The translations under genes and the position numbers were made by a program. A DNA stretch of 64,000 nt, from assembly GCA_951406725.2 (NCBI GenBank), contig OX597821.1, positions 103,788,001 to 103,852,000 on the forward strand. Direction: 5' to 3'. Positions 54,441 through 64,000 of the stretch are shown here, piece after piece (within the stretch, counting starts at the first letter, position 1; every line of letters starts with the position of its first letter). The notes under the pieces are model-generated. The model did not search any database, had not been told where the DNA came from, and worked only from the letters and a program-made list of their open reading frames with translations. Source of the stretch: Octopus vulgaris (lineage: Eukaryota).

Positions 54441-54593
54441 GAGCATCACAACAAATCACAGCACATACCCAAGGCACACAGAGCTGCGCTCGGTAGTGAA
54501 GTGAAAGCACGCTATAAAAATAAAAATAAAACTACTGAATAATAATAATATCTCCCTTTATCTTTTAAACCTTCACGCACTTTCTGCTTCCTT

Positions 54594-54642
<49 letters not shown>

Positions 54643-54652
54643 GTTGCTATTA

Positions 54653-55083
<431 letters not shown>

Positions 55084-55096
55084 TTATAATAGCAAC

Positions 55097-55157
<61 letters not shown>

Positions 55158-55216
55158 AAAAAAGCAGAAAGTGCGTGAGGGTTTAAAAGATAAAGGGAGA
55201 TAAAAAATGGTGGGAG

Positions 55217-55248
<32 letters not shown>

Positions 55249-55618
55249 TTAGCAATAGTAGTAGTAGTAGTAGTAGTATGAATAATAACAATTGTTTTAA
55301 TAGCAGCAACAATAGTATTATCAGTGGTTCTTCTGGCGGCGGTGGAGGTGGTGGTTGTGGTAGTAGTTGCAAAAGTCGGGATTAGAGTAGAGAACCAGGA
55401 GAGGTGTTTATTAGCCACAACGGCTGTAGTAGTAGTAGTAGTAGTCGTAGTAGTAGTACCTGTATTAGCTTCAGGTTAGTAATGGTAGCATCAATATGAG
55501 TAGTAGCAGTAGTAGTAGTAGTAGTAGTAGTAGCAGCAGCAGTAGTAGTAGTAGTAGTAGTAGTAGTAGCAGCAACAGCATCTGCAGCAGAAACAGCTAG
55601 AGTAGCAACAACTGCAGC

Positions 55619-55688
<70 letters not shown>

Positions 55689-56114
55689 AAAGTAGCAGCA
55701 GTAGTAGTATGAGTGGTAGTAGCGGCAAATAACAATAGTGGTAGTACTAACAGTTTGTATTAGATGTTGCTGCAACAGCATGACCAACATCGGATCCACC
55801 AGTAGCTGCAGTAGTGGTAATTGTAGTTGTGGTGGTGGTATTGGTGGCGGTAGTTTTGAAGTTTGGGGTGCTGGGGAGAGCCGTTAGATGGAGTAGCAGC
55901 AGCAGCATCAGCGAAATTGTGCAAGTGAGGTAGTAGCAGTAGTAGTGGTAGTAGTAGTAGTAGTCAAAGGAGGAGGAGGAGGAGGAGGAGGAGGGAAAAA
56001 AAAGGAAGGAAGGAGGGCAACTAAATTAGCGGCAGCAGCATTAGTAGTAGTAGTAGTAGTGGGAGGAGGATGAAAGAGAACGAATGAAAGGGGAAGCTAT
56101 ATTAGCGACAATTA

Positions 56115-56185
<71 letters not shown>

Positions 56186-56501
56186 TGTTGTTGTTGTTGT
56201 AGGAGTTGTAATAGCTACTGTTGCTCTTATTGTTTAGCCCCAGGTCAACCATGATCGAGCAAAGTCCATTATCAAAGACTTTATTTCGAGCCCAAAATGC
56301 TGAGAACAGACATATTTGTTACAAAGTCCGAATAAATGCTTGGCAGTATTTCTTCCGACTCTTTACGTTGTGAGTTCAAATTCAGAACGCGGTCGATCTT
56401 GCCGTTCACCTCTCGGAATCGATAAAATAAGCACCGGCTAGTACTGGGGTGAACGTAATCGACTAAATCCTCCCCACAGAGTTCAAACCTTGTGCTAATA
56501 T

Positions 56502-56780
56502 AGGCGCATGAATGGCTTTGTGGTAAGTAGCTTGCTTCCCAACCACATGGTTCCAGGTTCAGTCCCACTGCATGACACCGTGGGCAAGTGTCTTCTACTA
56601 TAGCTTCGGGCCGACCAAAGCCTTGTGAGTGAATTTGGTGGAGGGAAACTGAAAGAAGCCCGTCGTATATATGCATATATATTTATATATATGTATGTAT
56701 GTGTGTGTGTGCATTTGTGTTTCTGTGTTTGTCTCCCAACATCTCTTGACAACCGATGCTGGTGTGTTAACGTCCCTGTA
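56502..56780 (+). mobile_element. SINE family A 5' part (preceded by a decayed SINE D at ~56320-56490)
   Basis: GGCGCATGAATGGCTTTGTGGTAAG head. Confidence 0.85.
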
Positions 56781-57195
56781 GAGTCATAATAGAAAGGGTT
56801 ATTTGCTGCCACGACCATCCATTTACATTATCATAAATTACCTTCTGTGCTCTTCCTTCTTGAAGATTATTTAGGTATGATTTGAACAGGATCTAACTGC
56901 TATTTCTACCAATGGGTGCATCCTCCTACAGGTTTCTTCATTCCTTTGATACTATAGTTTAGGCTTGAGTCAACCCTGATCAAGAAAACTTGGGAGCAAA
57001 TAATTTCTCCAGCTGTGACAATTTTGATTTTTAAAGGTTATTTAAAGATCATTTAAAGGTTATTACTTTAAAGATTATTATTTTAAAGGTTATTATTATT
57101 ATCTAGAACTACATCCTTCTTTCAAACAATGCGATGTGGTTTGCTGGAAATTTGTCTGCTATTTCTAGTAAAAATAATTAACCGGATAATAATCG

Positions 57196-57357
57196 GCCCC
57201 AGGACATATTCTTTTAGAAGCCTATTACTTATTCTATCGGTATCTTTTACCGAACCGCTAAGTTACGGGGACGTAGACACACCACCATCGGTTTTCAAGC
57301 GATGTTGTGGGGACAAACACAGACGCGCAAACATATAGCACATACATATATATATAA

Positions 57358-57429
<72 letters not shown>

Positions 57430-57588
57430 CGGGCTTCTTTCAGTTTCCCTCTACCAAATCCACTTACAAAGCTGTTGTCGGCCCGAGGCTACAGTAGAAG
57501 ATACTTGCCCAAGGTGCCACGCAGTGGGACTGAACCCGGCACCATGTCGTTTTTAAGCAAGCTACTTACCACACAGCCACTCCTGCGC
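57196..57588 (-). mobile_element. SINE family A
   Basis: Standard head and core with an internal (TA)n. Confidence 0.85.
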
Positions 57589-58062
57589 TTCAACTGTTTA
57601 AAGATTTTTGAAATTTTTATCAGATTATTTACAAAACGAAAAAAAAAATTTGCAATTCTAATGACGAAATTAGCATTGCTTTTTTTTTTCTAGAAATTAA
57701 TAACAAAGAAGGGAATTTTCTGGTTGGCTGCAATGTTTTAAATTTTAAAACTAAGCGAAAATGTTCAAATTTGGTGTATTGATGTAATTTGTCATGTTGA
57801 ATCTCAGCGTCTAATTCACTTGTTCCAGAATAATTAAAAAGAAAATGTTACAGAAGTTTAAATTTTGATCCTTCTGACCAAGTCAGAAAAAAAAAGTATT
57901 TGGGAGCTGTTGTTTTGTGTTTGACTGCAATGTTAAGACGACAAAACAATAAGGTCAATGTACGATACCACGTTTTAAGCAATTAGCAAGCGAAAAATAA
58001 CCAAAACAACTAACAAACAACACATATTTGTAGTTCTAAGCATTCAATATGCATTTAATGCT

Positions 58063-58461
58063 CTTTTACTCATTTACTTGTTTCAGTCATTTGACTGCGG
58101 TCATGCTGGAGCACCGCCTTTAGTCGAGCAATTCGACCCCAGGATTTATTTTTTGGAAGCCTATTACTTATTCTATCGGCCTCTTTTGCCGAACCGGTAA
58201 GGTAACGGGGACATAAACACACCACCATCGGTTGTCAAGCGATGTTGGGGGGACAAACAGACACACAAACATACACACACATACACATATATATATACAT
58301 ACGACGGTCTTTCAGTTTCCCTCTACCAAATCCACTCACAAGGCTTTGGTTGGCCCGAGGCTATAGTAGAAGACACTTGCCCAAGGTGCCACGCAGTGGG
58401 AATGAACCCGGAACCATGTGGTTGATAAGCAAGCTACTTACCACACAGCCACTCGTGCGCC
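58063..58461 (-). mobile_element. SINE family A, full length
   Basis: Standard head, core and tail. Confidence 0.9.
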
Positions 58462-59420
58462 TATTTAATGAAAATAAATAAATAACACATCTTGTAGTTT
58501 TAAGGATTCAAGAGGTGGGTATCAAAAATGCAACGTAAAATATATAAAAACAGCAACGGATGGGTACAAAACAAGAAAACAGCATAAAATATCAGTTTGT
58601 AAACACACGTCGTCTTTTGTAAACAAGAGTTCCAACGCTTGCCCTGTTACTATGGAAACAAGTACCTATATGGCTGTGGCTTTCGATTGGCTGAAACTAC
58701 CTAAATTTGCAAACATTGAAAGCTATTAACGGTTTATTCATTGATTTATGGCGAAAATGAATTTCATGGCAATGATTATCAAGCAAAACTACATCAATAC
58801 ACCAAATTTAAATAAATTGGAACAAAATTGAAGAAACTGAAAAGTGGCAGTTAAACTGAAAAAGATCCCAAAGAAGATTCTAGCATTTAAAACTATGTAG
58901 TTTTAGCCAATCGGAAGCTTTCATTGCAGGATATACCGGGAGCCGCAACTGCTTGTTTCTATGTAAACAACACACACAACGAAGACAAAACCTTTACGTT
59001 GTCCCTCAGCCTGCAAGACATATCAGCCAAATGTTCCGTAAACTCTACATCACAACGTTGAAGATACAAAAAAGGATGAACGATTGTGACAATCCCATAT
59101 ATTTCCTCACTTTTAGCAGGCTAAGATGTTTTCCACTGGATTGTTTCATGAATAGCATCTAAATTAAAATCAATCTGCAAATATGTAATCTTTTATCGAA
59201 CTCACAGCACACGAAGCATTCATTGGGCACCACACACTGTTGTTAATTGTGTTACGTTTATTTATGATTTACTGTGTCTCGTGGCACAATTCTTTCTCAA
59301 CCACAAGAAAAGAACTGGAGAAAGAATTGGTTATAAACTCTTTTTGCTTTTACAAGTTTTAAGACTGAAACGGTCAGATTGTGGCTTGTAGCTCCACACC
59401 ACCACCACCACCACCACCAT

Positions 59421-60051
59421 ATCGCACATCCCGAGAATTGGCGGAAAGCCTCAACATATCAAAATCCGTCTTTCATGAGCACTTGGTAAAGCTTGGGTAC
59501 ACAAATCGCTACGATGTTTGGGTACCACATGAGTTGAGTGAGAAGAATCTTTTGGATCGCATTTCCATCTGTGATTCGCTTTATCATCGGAATGAAAACG
59601 CACCTACTTTAAAGCAAATTGTGATAGGTGATGAGTTAAAAGCTGCAATTCAAGAGAAACGTCCAGAATTGGCCAACAGGAAAGGTGTTGCTTTCGAACA
59701 TGATAATGCAAGATCGCACGCTTCTTTTGGAACCAGACAAAAATTGCTCCAGCTTGGCTAGAATGTGCTACCCCACTCTCCATATTCCTCCAGGTATTGC
59801 TCCATCGGATTTTCACTTGTTCAGGTCTCTGCAGAATAGTCTTAATGGTAAAAATTTCAATTCCTTGGATAACGTAAAAATATACCTTGATGAATTCTTT
59901 GCCATGAAACCACCTCAATTCTGGGAAGAGGGTATTTTCAAAACGCATTGTGCAACAAATGGTTCATATTTGGTTGATTAAAAATGTGATGGCAAGTATT
60001 CATTGACCTTTATATTTCCTTCAAAAATCGGCACGAACTTTCCAGTCAACC

Positions 60052-60054
<3 letters not shown>
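59421..60054 (+). mobile_element. mariner transposon remnant (internally deleted transposase plus 3' TIR)
   Basis: WVPHEL, IVIGDE, HDNAR and APSDFHLF motifs; ends ...GAACTTTCCAGTCAACCCAA|TA. Confidence 0.92.
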
Positions 60055-60086
<32 letters not shown>

Positions 60087-60144
60087 TGAGGGAGATAAAT
60101 TAATATTAATTTTAATATCAATTTAAAACCAGTAGTCCCTGCCA

Positions 60145-60207
<63 letters not shown>

Positions 60208-60210
<3 letters not shown>

Positions 60211-60578
60211 ATATATATAAACGGCAGTTTGTCTGTGCGTGTTTCTTTGTGTCTGTTTGCTTGTACCTTCACCCTGACCACGGCTTTCAACCGATTCTGA
60301 TGAAACTTGACACACAAATAGCCCAATGTCATAATTGAAAACTAACGCAGCGAAAATTTTGAAAAGTTCCCCCAGTTCTGAAAAAAATCGATAAATTCGA
60401 CATGGGGTCCAGAATCAGAAACACAAACTGTCTAGGGGACGCAACTCCACCTTTTTTAACTAAAAAAAAATTTACCATCATTTTTTTCCATTTTTTTGCT
60501 ATTTTTTGGCTATAACTCTCTAAAAATGCTTTATAGTTATTTCCTTACAAACCTGAGCAACGCCGGGCGATACTGCTA

Positions 60579-60579
<1 letters not shown>
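60208..60579 (+). mobile_element. Non-autonomous Helitron
   Basis: 5' TC(TATATATATAAA), 3' hairpin CCTGAGCAACGCCGGG followed by CTAG, inserted between A and T. Confidence 0.85.
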
Positions 60580-60636
<57 letters not shown>

Positions 60637-60991
60637 ACACGCATAGCTTATTGGAAAACACAAAGGAAGTGAGGCATAAACATCCACGGATTAGTAGGCA
60701 GGTTCCTCCAGTGCAGAATTTTGGTTTTAAGAACATTCCCCGTTGAGCTTATAGAAAAGTGTAAAGGTAGGATAAACCCATCCTTAATGCGTATATTTGC
60801 ATGCCATTTAAAATGCAGAGGACAGAATAACATATACAAAATGAACGAAAGGGCTTATTTAATAATCCATCTTAATAGACTAGGAGGCTTTTACATTATT
60901 TCTTTCAATGATTTTGTATTCTTTATTCCTGACACTGTATTTTGTGTTTCAAGCAAATATACGCATTGAAGCTATTTCTGCTTATCTTCCG

Positions 60992-61038
<47 letters not shown>

Positions 61039-61041
61039 CAC

Positions 61042-61076
<35 letters not shown>

Positions 61077-61137
61077 TATATATTTATCTATGTATGTATA
61101 TATATATGTATATCTATATATGTATATAATTCTATAC

Positions 61138-61175
<38 letters not shown>

Positions 61176-61358
61176 GTATATAAATGTATATATATATACA
61201 TATATATGCATACATATATATATGCGTGTGTGAGTGTGGGTGTATGTATGTGTGTGTATTTATGTATATATATATATATATATGTATATATATGTAGAGA
61301 TATTGTGTGTGTGCGATTAAGTATATGTATATGTATATATGTATTATCTGTATAATAT

Positions 61359-61408
<50 letters not shown>

Positions 61409-61499
61409 TCACGCAGACAAGCACGCTGCCGCGCGCGTACATACATTCCGCTTCGGAATCACTCATACACACACACACGCTCACAAAAGAATTTTCAGG

Positions 61500-62400
61500 A
61501 TGTCCTTAGATCAGAGAACGTAATATGTTAGAGCTGGAAACCATTACAAGAAAGTGCTGGCGAAATATGGATTAAGGGAATAAATTAAATTTATCCTTGA
61601 ATGTGTTCATCCTTCACGTTATGAAAGCAGAGCCAAATAAACGGAAATCCTGCTAGCTGCTACATAACGTACATTTAAAATCCAATATTACTAGAAACCT
61701 GTTAAATCTTTCCAGAAGTATTTCTCTACAAGGCGTAGATATTGCAAAATATTACCCACAAATAGTTAAAATATAGCGGATGCGTGTCAGACAAGAGGAA
61801 GATAATCGTTTAAAGTATGCACTATAAAATAACAGACGGGCACCCGTTATTTATGTATCTATCAATTTCATAGACCCAAGAAAATAGAAACCTTTTCCAT
61901 AAACAATTATCGGATAAATGACTACAGCCCAAGTGGCAGGGAGGCTATTTGAAATTGCCAAAATAAAGGATTATAGCCATTAAAAAATGTATATTAAATG
62001 TTACCATTGGTATACTACGTGTCCATATTAGCACGAAGAGATACTTAACCTAAATCAGTTATCGGAATGTGTGAAGGTAGCATCAAAAGCCGATAATAGA
62101 AACAGAAATATATCTGTCATGACATAAGCAGAAAGGAAACTGCCCAGCATTGTCAAATGTCATATGGAATGTTAAAGATCACACCATTCATAATTTCAAT
62201 ACCATCGTCACTGTGCCACATGTCAGCAACAAGAACACTTGATGTTTCGACTTCTGTGTCCTCTCGAATGAAGGAACGATACTTTATCTCATTTGAAAAA
62301 GATATTTTAACTGCAAAACCACAATGAATTTGTAAGCGTTGTTAAGAATATCCTTACCACTTCAATCGGTTTAATACCACCACCTGGCATTTTGAACGAC
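61500..62400 (+). pseudogene. Heavily decayed Penelope-like RT-thumb/GIY-YIG coding remnant
   Basis: About 62058-62095 reads VIGMCEGSIKSR (YIG..E...K.R motif) with weaker downstream LS..IW-like residues; many stops and frameshifts; boundaries approximate. Confidence 0.45.
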
Positions 62401-63194
62401 TTTCGTGGAGTCCACTCTGTGCATGAATTAGGACCAGGTATCTGGTTTGAGAATACCTTAATTTCTCTCCACTCCGGTGCCGGAGGTTATGTAGAGAAGG
62501 AAAGCATTCATAAGGAGTCCTTTTCCCCTCGAGTAAAAGGAAAACAATCGAACGTAAAATCGAAAATCTCAAAGTTTGCAGACCACTATGCAGCATAAAA
62601 TTTAGCAATAGGTTGAGTTACTAACTTGATAACCTACCGAATTTAGAGATATGCCTACTACTAGAATTATTTGATCTGTATTTATTTCTAGATATCACTC
62701 TTAACTTCTTGTCTAAGGACGATATTCATTATAGAGTACAGAATCAAAGCTTTTGCAATATTTTGGCAACATATTTACCTTATTCCTCAAGTTAGAACAG
62801 AGGCAGCCTAGCATTGAAAGTAGAGGCCATCGTGTTGCACCGTCAAAACCCATTTTTCTTCTAGTTCTTTGATCCCACGTGGCGCAGAACTCCTTTATTG
62901 AAGATCTCATTTGGGTTGATGAAGCCAGGCATTCGCAGGAAGTGAGCCAGGGATCGATACAAAAATTAATCCGAGGGTGCTAGGTCCGCACTACATGCTG
63001 TGTGCAGTATCAGTTCGTTTTCCTCAAGTTTCTGGAGTTTATTCTAGGTTGTTTGAGGTGTATGAGGTCTTGAGTTCTCTTGCTGCAGAAGTGTTCACTT
63101 TCTGTTAACCAATGCCGAGTATTTTTGCCGCAGAATAGCATACATCCGCTCTTGCTGTTCAGAGAAGAAGTTGATATCTATAGTTATTTTGTTT

Positions 63195-63476
63195 TGTCCC
63201 TTTTCGAGCCATGCCTGGCTCATAAGGGTCGGATTCCCTGTTTCTTAGCGTATAGGTTCTCCACCTGGACGGGACGCGTATCCGTCCCAGGTGAGCTGCA
63301 AGAGGAAAGAGTGAGGAAAAGTTGTGGCGAAAGAGTCAGCAGAAGTTTGCCAGTACCTTCTGCCGGAGCCGCGTGGAGAATAGGTGTTTTCGCTCATAAA
63401 CACACACATCACCCGGTCTCAGATTCGAACCCGCGATCCCTCGACCGCTGCTCTAACCACTAGGCCATGTGTCTCC
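63195..63476 (-). mobile_element. SINE with family C-type head
   Basis: TGGCCTAGTGGTTAGAGC A box and GGGTTCGAATCT B box on the minus strand. Confidence 0.8.
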
Positions 63477-64000
63477 ACTATCTATGGTTCGACCGCTCGT
63501 TGTGTATTATCCCCTAATAATTCCATCAGGCACAGAACATCATCATGTCTTCGAAACGCACATATTTGGCGACAGGTCCTAGAAGCTGGCATTTGGTTAG
63601 CCACTGCTTATTCACGTTTACATGGCGAAAAAATATCTCCATCGGAAATAAGTTACCAAAATATTGCAAAACTTTTGTCTCAACGCAATAATTCACCCAC
63701 AAGATGGCCACGGTGTTGTGACAGATGGAAGTGACAAAATGAAGCAGCCTGCCTGCGTTACATTATCGCTTAAATACGAAACATGAAGGGAATTTCAGTA
63801 TCATTATTTAGCGCTTCATCATTAGATGATAGGGAAATTAATTTCCCCTAATGTTCACTCCACATTCACGAACTAAATCAATATATAAATCAATCTTTAT
63901 TCTGATTAAGAGTAAAAGCACGGCCAAGGGCACAGTCAAGTCTACTTTTCGACAATCGAATCTTACTGGTTCTCCTTACATTACACGTTCCTTTCCACAT

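Noticed and set aside
57700-58930. Scattered short inverted repeats suggesting a DNA transposon
   Set aside because: Only 14-21-bp matches; termini and TSD not identifiable.
60290-60310. CTGATGAAAC as a hammerhead core
   Set aside because: No stem II between the motifs; it lies inside the Helitron.

Overview
Eukaryotic, gene-poor, repeat-dominated DNA. The SINE families and very dense microsatellites resemble an Octopus genome (inference from recall, not a search). No complete host gene is visible, and almost all ORFs in the track are microsatellite read-throughs. Recognisable content: (i) a full-length but disrupted CR1/L2-group LINE (19221-23311) inserted in (TA)n, with two CCCH zinc fingers in ORF1; (ii) 3' fragments of RTE, Tx1/L1 and R4/Dong-like LINEs; (iii) Tc1 and mariner remnants, a Tc1/mariner MITE and a non-autonomous Helitron; (iv) more than 20 tRNA-headed SINE copies of at least four families. 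The main hidden signal is a set of sequence-unrelated, non-coding elements that mostly abut (TA)n tracts, often form long fold-back palindromes and carry type I hammerhead ribozyme folds. I folded these by eye: well-formed cores at 6857-6933, 7926-7987, 16608-16651, 17172-17271, 18289-18332 and 18388-18431, and decayed or minimal ones elsewhere. One such palindrome (37.2-37.8 kb) is a tRNA-headed SINE ending in a Penelope-type minimal hammerhead. Together these suggest a diverse ribozyme-bearing, Penelope/retrozyme-like non-autonomous system. All structures are manual predictions and ribozyme activity is untested.
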